A stretch of 32,000 nt of DNA from Crocosphaera subtropica ATCC 51142 (GTDB lineage Bacteria > Cyanobacteriota > Cyanobacteriia > Cyanobacteriales > Microcystaceae), in the NCBI RefSeq assembly GCF_000017845.1, contig NC_010546.1:2400001-2432000 (forward strand), read 5' to 3'. The translations under genes and the position numbers were made by a program. Shown here in pieces: positions 17,391 to 25,241 of the stretch (position 1 is its first letter; every line of letters begins with the position of its first letter). Below the pieces are notes generated by a model, which worked only from the letters and a program-made list of their open reading frames with translations, was not told the origin of the DNA and ran no database searches.

Positions 17391-18467
17391 TCAGACTTTA
17401 CTGATATTTCCTGTAGATGTATCTACATATTCAAGAGTTTCAAGAAATACTTGAGGTTGCTTTTTGAGATACCTATCTATTTTAGCATTTTTAGGTATTA
17501 GATTAGCAAATGAATAAGCTTGACTTCCTAAATACCAGGCATAATAAAGTAGTGAGCTAACGATTGAATAGAAACTAGCTTTTTTCTGACAAGCAATCTC
17601 TTCTAAAACAACATTTTTTTCAAGCTCTTTAAACTTCATGTTTTCGTAAATTTCAAAAGATTGAAATAGTTCAATAATTGCATTAATAGATTTATTATCT
17701 TGTTGGTCAGGATGGAATTTATAATATAAGTTATTAATATGTTGATGCTTCAAGAGCATTAATACACGTCCTAATCCTATTAAATAATCTTCTATGTTAA
17801 TAACTTTAGCCTCTACCAAAGGTTCTAAAACTAAAATATGTGTGTTTAAAATATCGGTTTCAGTCGCAATTTTATTATTATTGTTTTTTAAGTTAATAGG
17901 AATTTTTATTACTTTTTCTAAATCTGGAAATGCAGCATCTGAAAACTTATATGCCGTTAAATAACTATCAGGAAAAAAGCTTTTAATATGTTTTTGTTTT
18001 AGACGATTTCCATAATTTAGTTTAAGGTAAATGTCATTTTTTAAATAATTTATATACCTTGACTTTTTTTTAAATAGGCTATTAGCTTGTTCACGATATG
18101 AAAAGGAAGTTTTACCTTCTTCTAGTAAACATAATCCTTCACAAAGATGATGAGAACCCATCAAATTTATCATATTGTAAAATATGTGAGGAATATAAAG
18201 TATAAAAGAACAATTATCGGAGATATTTATTATATATTGGTCAAGTTCTTTCAATTTTTCTCGTCCTTCCCAAAATTTTGAACTAATAGGAAAACTCTCT
18301 TTTGGGTTATGACAAAAAGGAAAATCAAAGAATGTATATCCTTCATAGAAGTCAATTCCTCTATAAGCCAAAATCACAACTTCTTCATTGGGTATCTTTA
18401 GATATTCAATAACCCCCAAAGCAATTAGCTTGGTAATTTGACTTTGAATAAAAAAAATATGCTTCAT
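17391..18467 (-). CDS. hypothetical protein, possible sialyltransferase-like (GT52/GT38/GT80-type motif pair) glycosyltransferase
   Basis: 358-aa ORF with a Rossmann-like N-terminus MKHIFFIQSQITKLIALGVI. An E-E-G motif lies at aa 116-118 (nt 18114-18122) and an H-P motif at aa 252-253 (nt 17709-17714). It lies in a glycosyltransferase block and is very AT-rich. Confidence 0.5.
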   Translation of the reverse strand: MKHIFFIQSQITKLIALGVIEYLKIPNEEVVILAYRGIDFYEGYTFFDFPFCHNPKESFPISSKFWEGREKLKELDQYIINISDNCSFILYIPHIFYNMINLMGSHHLCEGLCLLEEGKTSFSYREQANSLFKKKSRYINYLKNDIYLKLNYGNRLKQKHIKSFFPDSYLTAYKFSDAAFPDLEKVIKIPINLKNNNNKIATETDILNTHILVLEPLVEAKVINIEDYLIGLGRVLMLLKHQHINNLYYKFHPDQQDNKSINAIIELFQSFEIYENMKFKELEKNVVLEEIACQKKASFYSIVSSLLYYAWYLGSQAYSFANLIPKNAKIDRYLKKQPQVFLETLEYVDTSTGNISKV

Positions 18468-18514
18468 GCCTATATAATATCAAGATAATCTGTGTTGATG
18501 GTAAGTTCAGTATA

Positions 18515-19147
18515 TTAAACTAAGCCTGATCGCAAAGCAACAACGGCGGCTTGTACCCGATCATCAACCGCCAATTTATTCATAATACCCCGAACATGGG
18601 TTTTAATGGTATTGGTGCTTAAATATAAATCTTCAGCAATTTCATTGTTACTTTTGCCTTCCACAATTAACTTTAAAACTTCTAACTCTCGTTCCGATAA
18701 TAGGGCAATATTTTGATTCGGTTCTGGGTTTGGGGATTTCAAATTATCTAAGACTAACCGTGCAATTTGAGGATCAAGATACGTCGCCCCATCTTGGGCT
18801 GCTTCTATGGCAGCTAATAATCGCTCTAAACTAGCCCCTTTGATACAATAGGCATCGGCTCCACTGGATAAGGCAGCAACGACTTCCGTTTGTAAGGTAT
18901 GAGAAGTCAACATAACCACATGAATATTGGGTTCTTGTTCCTTAATTTGTTTAGTAGCAGCAATGCCATCTAAACGAGGTAAACCGATATCCATGACCAC
19001 TAAGTCAGGCTTAAGTTCCAACGCTTGTTGAACACCAGTATAGCCGTCTTCGGCTTGTCCTATAATCTCAAAGTTAGGATGTTCACTTAACGCTTGTTCT
19101 AAACCTAGTTGCATCAGGGGATCGTCTTCGACAATTAAAATTCGCAT
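18515..19147 (-). CDS. NarL/LuxR-family two-component response regulator (REC plus LuxR-type HTH)
   Basis: A start at ATG 19147 (MRILIVEDDPLMQ...) gives 210 aa. REC acidic pocket EDD...DLVVMDIGLP. C-terminal HTH LSERELEVLKLIVEGKSNNEIAEDLYLSTNTIKTHVRGIMNKL. The longer track ORF to 19258 adds a non-homologous 37-aa extension. Confidence 0.85.
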   Translation of the reverse strand: MRILIVEDDPLMQLGLEQALSEHPNFEIIGQAEDGYTGVQQALELKPDLVVMDIGLPRLDGIAATKQIKEQEPNIHVVMLTSHTLQTEVVAALSSGADAYCIKGASLERLLAAIEAAQDGATYLDPQIARLVLDNLKSPNPEPNQNIALLSERELEVLKLIVEGKSNNEIAEDLYLSTNTIKTHVRGIMNKLAVDDRVQAAVVALRSGLV

Positions 19148-19325
19148 GGAGGTGATAAGGTAACAAGGAACTTTATTAACCATATGCCAAAAGTTAAAAA
19201 AAATCAGTATTTTTTGAGGCACATCTTCACAGAAACCTGCACTCATGCTTAAATTCACCCATCTAGGGGAGGCACAAACATGATCTGGTTAGGCACTCTT
19301 TAGTTAGAGTGAGATAGTTAAGTTT

Positions 19326-21560
19326 ATGACTTTAACTCGTAGTCCGTGGCAATCTTTTTCTATTAAAGTTGCTCTGGTAGCCCTGGCTTACTTGAGTGGT
19401 AGTCTCTTGGCGCATTGGGGGATGGGGCTTGGAGCAGAAATGTCTCCCCTAGGGTTTTCGGCCGGCATTGCTCTAACTGCGTTGTTAATTTACGGAGAAC
19501 AAGTCTGGTTAGGAATTTTTCTGGGGGATGCTCTCTTAATGTTCCTTTTAGGAGCAAATTGGGCAATCATTTTCAGTTCGGCAGTGGGTAGTAGTCTCTC
19601 AGCTTGGTTAGCTTTTAAATTATTACGTTGGTGTCATTTTTCTTGTCGGCTTTCTAGAATTCATGATGTCACCGCTTTGGTGTTTTTGGCGGGGATGGTG
19701 TCTCCTATCTTTAACGCCACGATTGATACAGTGTTAGCCTTGCTAATGGGTTCTCTGAATTGGCAGAATTTTGCGTCACAGTGGTGGATAGGATGGTTGG
19801 GAAGTTGTAGTGGAATTTTAGTGATAACCCCCTTTCTCTTGCGGATATACCTCGATAGCGTAGGCTTATTGCGTCGTCATAAAAAAGAGCGTGTTCTCGA
19901 AGGAATTATCTGTGGGGGACTGTTATTAGGGTTGAGTTGGATGGTATTTTACCGTCATCCCCAGGTAGAAACAGTGATGGATGGGGGTTTGAGTAATGCT
20001 CAGTATTTGGAATATTTGCCTTTTCCCATTGTTGTATGGGCAGCCATTCGTTTTCAAACTTGGGGGGCAGTTTTAGGCAGTTTGTCTTTAGCTTTACTGG
20101 CGATCGCAGGAACGGATCAAGGGGTGGGTCCGTTTGTGATGCAAACTGCTAATGAGTCTCAAGCCATTTTATTGCTACAAATGTTTATTGTTATTGTCAG
20201 TGGAACCGCTTTATTATTATCAGCAGCAGTAGCAGAAAGACAACGGGCAGAACGACAGTTAAGAGCAACCTTAGAACGGGATCATTTATTAGCAGAAGTC
20301 TCTTTAAAAATTCGTCAATCTCTTGATTTACAACAGATTTTTAACACCACGGTTACAGAAATTCGTCAGTTAATTCGTGCTGATCGCGTTTTTATTGCTT
20401 CTTGGCAAGATGGAGGACGTATTGAGGTAGTCGCTGAGTCTCTCAATGGTCATTATCCCAGTTTATTAGGGGGCAATGCTAGGGACGATTTATTAACAGA
20501 TTTACCCTCTCTATTTACTCAAGCTCAAACCTTTATCGCTGATGATATTAAAGCCTTAAATTTATCCCCAACGGTACAACAATATACCCAACAGTATCAA
20601 ATTAAAGCAGCGTTAGTTGTCCCTTTACATCTCGATGGTAAGCCGTTAGGGTTATTAGTGGCTCATCAATGTTTTGGAGTCCGCCATTGGCATAAACAGG
20701 AGATAAAGTTATTAGAACAATTAGCCGGCCAAGTGATGATTGCTATGAGTCAGGCACAACTTTATCAACAGGTACAACGGTTAAATTGTAATTTAGAAAA
20801 ACAGGTACAACATCGCACTTACCAACTTCAGGAAAAAATTAGCGAAGTACAAGAATTACATGATATGAAAGCGGTCTTTTTGCAAGCAGTTTCCCATGAT
20901 TTGCGTACCTCGATTATGGGTCTTTTAATGTTACTGAAAAATTTACAAAATCGTCCTGGAGATAGCTTAACCTTATCTCGATCTATTCTCGATAGGATGA
21001 TTAATAGTAGTGAGCGTCAGTTAACTTTAATTAATGCCTTGTCTGAAGATCATTTTTCAGAACAAAGGCCATTAATGATTCATTGCGAATCGTTATCCTT
21101 ATCAAATTTTATCAATGAATTAACCCAAGAATGGCAGCCATTATTAAAACAAAATCAAGCTCATTTAGCTGTGAATATTCCCCATAATTTACCTTTGACT
21201 TATGGAGATAAGGAAAAATTACGTCATGTCTTTGATCATCTTGTTACTAATGCTTTAAAACATAATCCGCCTGGAATTAATTTAAGTATTGATTTCACCG
21301 TTGATCAAGGTATGATCTATTGCCTTTTAACTGATAATGGAGTAGGAATGTGTGAACAACAATGTGGTCAACTGTTTAAATTATATCTTCGTAGTTTACA
21401 CGATAGACGGAGGACGGGTATTGGTTTAGGTTCTTATCAATGTCGTCAAATTATTGAAGCTCATGGGGGTAATATTGGCGTAAAAAGTACCCCTGGAAAT
21501 GGTTGTCAATTCTGGTTTACCCTTCCTGTGGCTAAAAGTCAACCTTCAGCAGTGAGTTAA
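19326..21560 (+). CDS. sensor histidine kinase: multi-TM (MASE1-like) sensor, GAF, HisKA and HATPase domains
   Basis: 744 aa. About 300 aa of N-terminal polytopic membrane region. GAF-like segment LLAEVSLKIRQSLDLQQIFNTTVTEIRQLIRADRVFIA...LGLLVAHQC. H-box FLQAVSHDLRTS. N, G1 and G2 boxes NALKHNP, TDNGVGM and GIGLGS. It is divergent from the NarL-type regulator. Confidence 0.85.
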   Translation: MTLTRSPWQSFSIKVALVALAYLSGSLLAHWGMGLGAEMSPLGFSAGIALTALLIYGEQVWLGIFLGDALLMFLLGANWAIIFSSAVGSSLSAWLAFKLLRWCHFSCRLSRIHDVTALVFLAGMVSPIFNATIDTVLALLMGSLNWQNFASQWWIGWLGSCSGILVITPFLLRIYLDSVGLLRRHKKERVLEGIICGGLLLGLSWMVFYRHPQVETVMDGGLSNAQYLEYLPFPIVVWAAIRFQTWGAVLGSLSLALLAIAGTDQGVGPFVMQTANESQAILLLQMFIVIVSGTALLLSAAVAERQRAERQLRATLERDHLLAEVSLKIRQSLDLQQIFNTTVTEIRQLIRADRVFIASWQDGGRIEVVAESLNGHYPSLLGGNARDDLLTDLPSLFTQAQTFIADDIKALNLSPTVQQYTQQYQIKAALVVPLHLDGKPLGLLVAHQCFGVRHWHKQEIKLLEQLAGQVMIAMSQAQLYQQVQRLNCNLEKQVQHRTYQLQEKISEVQELHDMKAVFLQAVSHDLRTSIMGLLMLLKNLQNRPGDSLTLSRSILDRMINSSERQLTLINALSEDHFSEQRPLMIHCESLSLSNFINELTQEWQPLLKQNQAHLAVNIPHNLPLTYGDKEKLRHVFDHLVTNALKHNPPGINLSIDFTVDQGMIYCLLTDNGVGMCEQQCGQLFKLYLRSLHDRRRTGIGLGSYQCRQIIEAHGGNIGVKSTPGNGCQFWFTLPVAKSQPSAVS

Positions 21561-21749
21561 ACCATCTCATTATATTTTTGAAAAGAATTATAAAAATTTA
21601 TCAATTAATTGAAAATAGAAGGTAAACAATATTACCTTAAGGAAAAGGTATTATATTATTACCAGTTTCTTAATTAAAGATTAACAACTTAATAAATTTG
21701 CAGTCCTTCTGTAAAATGGGAGGTTGTACGGTCAGTTATGTAACTTATT

Positions 21750-22550
21750 ATGAAGCTTCCTCCTCCTCTAGATACCCTACGCAAAGAGCTAGAAGCAACT
21801 CAAAAACTCTATCTTAAAATAACCCCTTCCTTTAGTAGCAAACTGACTTTATGGGAAAGTAAGTTTGGAGGAGAACCCTATTTTCCTAAAGAACTAGAAT
21901 ATCCCAAAAGTCCAGAAGGAAACCCCTTAATTTTATTAGCTCAAATTAATTTTTCTGAAACCTTGTTATTAGATAATTTTCCCAAAGAAGGAATCTTACA
22001 ATTTTATATTGATAGTTATCATGATTTGTATGGTATGAATGATGAAGATATGGCTGAGCAAAAGCATTTTCGGGTAATTTATTTTGATAAAATTAATTTA
22101 GATGAAAAAAAAATAATCACTGATTTTAGTTTTCTTCCGAGTATGGATGATCCCGATATGATATTACCATTTATTGGGAGTTTTGCTTTGACATTTGAAC
22201 AAAAGTCTGAACCCATTAGTGGTTGTGATTATCGTTTAGAAAAGATGATAGAAAATTTCGTTGATAATTCAGAAGAAGACTTAGATTATTATGATCTTTT
22301 AGAAGATTATTTAGACTTATATGATGGAGAAGAACATAAATTAGGTGGTTATCCCTTTTTTACTCAAGATGATCCGAGAATTGATTTTGATGAAAACATC
22401 GAACCCTATGAATTACTGTTTCAAATGATTTCCGATGAAGACGCAGACATTATGTGGGGAGATGCGGGAGTTGGTAACTTTTTTATTCAACCGTCTGCAT
22501 TGAAAAAATTAGATTTTAGTCGGGTTATTTATTCTTATGATTGTTGTTAA
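21750..22550 (+). CDS. DUF1963 (YwqG-like) family protein
   Basis: 266 aa. Segments SKFGGEPYFPKELEYPK...PLILLAQINFSE...GILQFYI and C-terminal HKLGGYPFFTQDDPR...ELLFQMISDEDADIMWGDAGVGNFFI match my recollection of the DUF1963 signature. There is an acidic D/E/Y-rich middle region. Confidence 0.6.
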   Translation: MKLPPPLDTLRKELEATQKLYLKITPSFSSKLTLWESKFGGEPYFPKELEYPKSPEGNPLILLAQINFSETLLLDNFPKEGILQFYIDSYHDLYGMNDEDMAEQKHFRVIYFDKINLDEKKIITDFSFLPSMDDPDMILPFIGSFALTFEQKSEPISGCDYRLEKMIENFVDNSEEDLDYYDLLEDYLDLYDGEEHKLGGYPFFTQDDPRIDFDENIEPYELLFQMISDEDADIMWGDAGVGNFFIQPSALKKLDFSRVIYSYDCC

Positions 22551-22596
22551 ACTTTGGCTTTCCTATAGCAACCTTAATGCGGAGTGCTATATAAAG

Positions 22597-22770
22597 CTGA
22601 GTTCGGGGTTTGGAGTTAGAGCATTATTGCGGAGGCGGTTGAAAAGCGTACCTCTCCCTGATCCTCTGTTCGCATGACGTACTCCAGGCGTTCGTTGCTT
22701 AGGCAACAGAACGCTGGCTTCTCCTCTTCTGAGCGCGAAGATTTGCGTTTTATAGTGAGGCGAACGCCCA
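22597..22770 (-). ncRNA. predicted TnpB omega RNA (right-end RNA) scaffold
   Basis: By position: it overlaps the last ~50 codons of tnpB and runs to the element's right end, where omega RNAs are encoded. It is densely structured. GGCGTTCG at 22687-22694 pairs with CGAACGCC at 22761-22768, and a GTTGC-TTAG-GCAAC hairpin lies at 22694-22707. The terminal 41 nt are conserved in the second element. Extent is not experimentally defined. Confidence 0.45.
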
Positions 22771-24031
22771 ACCCCACTTTTTTAATCAATATCCCACTGT
22801 TAATATCTCTTGCCATTGATGCACCACAATCACAAGAATGCCAACGATCTGATAGTTCTTTGGGAACATAATTAAGACAAATTGCACAATATCGACTTGT
22901 ACCTTTTGGATTAACTTTAACAACTTTCTTACCAGCTTTTGCAGCTTTGTAAGGAAGAATCTCGTTAAGAAATCCAGAGATACCAGCATCAGCAAAACTT
23001 TTATTTAATCCAGATTTAGCCGATTGACCATTAGGTAGAAAAGTCCCATCTTCTCCCTGTTTAGGCTTGTTTCGTCTAGACATATTTGATATCTTTAAGT
23101 TTTCGACAAATAAAACATCAGCTTTATCTAATAGTTGATTAGCTAATTCATAATGCCATTGTTGACGTTGCCTCGCTATTTTCTGATGAAGTTTGGCTAC
23201 TTTTTGGTTAAGTTTTCTTCTTGCTTTAGATCCTAATTTTCTACTATCTCTTTTTGATTGAAGTTTAGTTAATTTATCTTCAGATTGACGGTAGAATTTA
23301 GGTGGCTTAACAGTAGTTGAGTCACTGCAAGCAACGAAAAACTCCAAGCCACTATCTATCCCTAAACTGTTTTCTTCTGTTGGTTGAATATCTACAGTTA
23401 AGCTAGGAACTGATTTATCTTCAAGTGTTAACGTTACATACCATCCATCAGCCTTTTTGGTAATTAAAGCACGTTTTACTGTAAATCCATCAGGCAAAGG
23501 GCGATGTTGAATAAACTTAATTTCACCTAATTTGGGGAAAGTAATGCGATTATTATTAACACAGTCAGCCTTGATAGATGGAAACCCAATTGTACGATAC
23601 CTATTCTTTCCTTTAAATCGAGGTTTACCACTACGTTTTCCATTTTTGTCCCCCTTGATATAACGGCTAAAAGCAAGATCAACTCTTTTTACCATATCTT
23701 GTAAAACATGGGCATGGATGTCTTTATACCAAGGACGTTCTTGTTTTAATTGAACTAATGACCTTTTTTGTCTGTAATATTCTGGTTGTTCTCTAGGTTC
23801 AGCAATACTACAAATTAAAGGACAAGAATCAATATAAGTTCGGTTATTTTCCCACCAATCAAATCTATCAGCCAATAAATAATTATACTGACATCTTAGT
23901 TTTTCTAACCAACTATTTAGACGACAGCGTTGTTCGTAGTTAGGTTTTAAACGGTATTGATAGGAAACTATTATGGGTTTACCTCGACCTGCTATAATGA
24001 CTGTAACACAAAATAGCAACGGTGACAACAT
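22616..24031 (-). CDS. tnpB: TnpB, RNA-guided endonuclease (IS200/IS605 accessory protein, OrfB)
   Basis: N-terminal YQYRLKPNYEQRCRLNSWLEKLRCQYNYLLADRF is typical of TnpB. RuvC-I is LGIDSG (D248 in track numbering), RuvC-II is LFVENL (E332) and RuvC-III is ARDINSG (D431). The zinc-finger cysteines are CAIC...CDCG. The start is uncertain: ATG at 24031 (M23 of the track ORF) is chosen, and the homologous region begins about 20 aa later with no canonical start codon there. Confidence 0.85.
   Translation of the reverse strand: MLSPLLFCVTVIIAGRGKPIIVSYQYRLKPNYEQRCRLNSWLEKLRCQYNYLLADRFDWWENNRTYIDSCPLICSIAEPREQPEYYRQKRSLVQLKQERPWYKDIHAHVLQDMVKRVDLAFSRYIKGDKNGKRSGKPRFKGKNRYRTIGFPSIKADCVNNNRITFPKLGEIKFIQHRPLPDGFTVKRALITKKADGWYVTLTLEDKSVPSLTVDIQPTEENSLGIDSGLEFFVACSDSTTVKPPKFYRQSEDKLTKLQSKRDSRKLGSKARRKLNQKVAKLHQKIARQRQQWHYELANQLLDKADVLFVENLKISNMSRRNKPKQGEDGTFLPNGQSAKSGLNKSFADAGISGFLNEILPYKAAKAGKKVVKVNPKGTSRYCAICLNYVPKELSDRWHSCDCGASMARDINSGILIKKVGLGVRLTIKRKSSRSEEEKPAFCCLSNERLEYVMRTEDQGEVRFSTASAIML
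23993..23998 (+). promoter_or_regulatory. candidate -10 box (TATAAT) for tnpA
   Basis: A perfect TATAAT lies 32-37 nt upstream of the tnpA ATG at 24030. There is no convincing -35. Confidence 0.3.
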
Positions 24032-24437
24032 GAAAGATGATTTTGTTTCTAGTGGTAGAGCAATATCAGACTTAAAAGCACACTTAGTTTTGACCACTAA
24101 GTATCGCCGTAAAGTATTTACGGGGTCAATGATAGAACGACTTCAAACTATAATATGGGAACTCTGTTGTAAGTGGGATTGTAAGATGATTGAGGTCAAT
24201 GGCGAGGCAGACCACATTCATTTACTTTTTCAATATTATCCACAACTAGAATTGCCTAAATTTGTAGGTAATTTAAAATCTATAACAAGTCGCCGTTTAA
24301 GAAATGAATTCCCAGAGTTAGCTAATGTTTATAAAAAGTCAGTTTTGTGGAATGAATCTTATTTTATTGCTAGTTGTGGAGGCGTAACAGTATCCCAATT
24401 GAAAGAATATGTTGAGAATCAAAAAACTCCTAATTGA
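24030..24437 (+). CDS. tnpA: IS200/IS605-family Y1 (HUH) transposase TnpA
   Basis: 135 aa from ATG 24030. Motifs: KAHLVLTTKYRRKVF, the HUH motif in ADHIHLLF, and C-terminal SYFIASCGGVT with the catalytic Tyr region. The size is typical of IS200 TnpA. The track ORF from 23973 adds 19 aa without homology. Confidence 0.85.
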   Translation: MKDDFVSSGRAISDLKAHLVLTTKYRRKVFTGSMIERLQTIIWELCCKWDCKMIEVNGEADHIHLLFQYYPQLELPKFVGNLKSITSRRLRNEFPELANVYKKSVLWNESYFIASCGGVTVSQLKEYVENQKTPN

Positions 24438-24681
24438 CAAATTTTCGGACATCGAGTCCTTAATTTGTCGGGCTGTCCTTCCCGACACTGAACTTCGTTA
24501 CAGTGCGGGGCTGTCGCCGTTAGCTCAACTAATCATCTCTATTGTTAATAAAGAGAATTGGTATCACCTCGGTCAGTCTAAAGTTTTTCAGTGGAATCAG
24601 TGGTGAGACTCCGAGAGATGATTTATGGTAGAAATAGAAAAATTGTGTTATTAAATGCGATCGCAATATTAGGGAAAGATT

Positions 24682-25101
24682 ATGGCAGAAGAGACGAAAC
24701 CTAAGGCAAAAAAAGAAAAGCCCCCCGCTATTGAAGAGAAACCCTTCACCGAATTTATGGAGCAACATTTTACCCCAACGCTCAAAGACAGTCTAAAGAA
24801 ACAAGGACTCGACGATATCGAGTTATCCTTCACAAAAGCTCCCTTATCTATCCCTGGGGCCACCTCTGATGAACCCTGCTGGCAAGTAATCGGCACTTGG
24901 AACCAAGGAAAACGAGCCTTTAAACTCTATTTTCTTGAAGAAGATATCAAGGGACAAAAAGCCTTTTCTTATGCCGTTAATGGCAAGCCTCCAAGTACCG
25001 TTGAATCCTTTATGATCGATGAACGTAAGGTTACCTTAGATTTGATGGTGTTATATACTCTACAACGCCTTAATGGACAAAAATGGTTAACCCGAAATTA
25101 G
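24682..25101 (+). CDS. conserved hypothetical protein (small, soluble, with a K/E-rich N-terminus)
   Basis: 139-aa ORF with codon usage like its neighbours. The AEETKPKAKKEKPPAIEEKPFTEFMEQHF start resembles a cyanobacteria/plastid-lineage DUF family, but I cannot name it with certainty. Confidence 0.55.
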   Translation: MAEETKPKAKKEKPPAIEEKPFTEFMEQHFTPTLKDSLKKQGLDDIELSFTKAPLSIPGATSDEPCWQVIGTWNQGKRAFKLYFLEEDIKGQKAFSYAVNGKPPSTVESFMIDERKVTLDLMVLYTLQRLNGQKWLTRN

Positions 25102-25119
25102 TTAATTGATGGGAAGGTA

Positions 25120-25161
25120 GGAAGTGCAGGAAGACTATTTATATTCTCTTCCTCTGCTTCC
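25120..25161. terminator. candidate bidirectional terminator hairpin between convergent genes
   Basis: GGAAGTGCAGGAAGA at 25120-25134 pairs with TCTTCCTCTGCTTCC at 25147-25161. That gives a 15-position stem with one mismatch and two G-T pairs, and a 12-nt loop. It lies between the stop of 24682..25101 (+) and the stop of murB (-). There is no strong U-tract. Confidence 0.35.
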
Positions 25162-25241
25162 CCGTTTCTACTTTAACAAGGCGGTCAGTAGTCGGCCATC
25201 AGCCGTCAGATAAACGCTAAATATTAAACGCTGATAGCTAG

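Larger units (their letters stand above)
22597..24530 (-). mobile_element. IS200/IS605-family insertion sequence (IS605-like layout with divergent tnpA and tnpB)
   Basis: Contains a Y1 transposase gene and a tnpB gene back to back. The right-end boundary is placed at 22597, where similarity to the 10391 element begins. A left-end-type subterminal hairpin TGTCGGG-N8-CCCGACA lies at 24466-24487, downstream of tnpA. The left boundary is only approximate, somewhere in 24490-24620. Confidence 0.75.

Noticed and set aside
19148-19258. 37-codon N-terminal extension of the response-regulator track ORF.
   Set aside because: REC domains begin at MRILIVEDD, and the extension has no homology and odd composition.
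879-19322. Recurrent TTAGTTA(A/G)-type motif near gene starts. Examples: reverse complement of 879-888, 4019, 4211, 10585, reverse complement of 14982-14990 upstream of galE, 17345-17355, and 19298-19307 plus 19315-19322 upstream of the kinase.
   Set aside because: These are 7- to 10-mers in AT-rich intergenic DNA. Thousands of chance 10-mer pairs are expected in 32 kb counted on both strands. Distances to start codons are inconsistent, so I cannot separate this from background without a genome-wide enrichment test.
24032-24097. 22-codon N-terminal extension of the tnpB track ORF (MVKTKCAFKSDIALPLETKSSF).
   Set aside because: It lies antisense within the tnpA coding region and well upstream of the conserved TnpB N-terminus. 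The ATG at 24031 or a later start is more plausible.
24409-24606. 65-aa ORF downstream of tnpA.
   Set aside because: It overlaps the tnpA 3' end and the hairpin-rich left-end region of the IS. It has no motifs and most likely is non-coding transposon end sequence.
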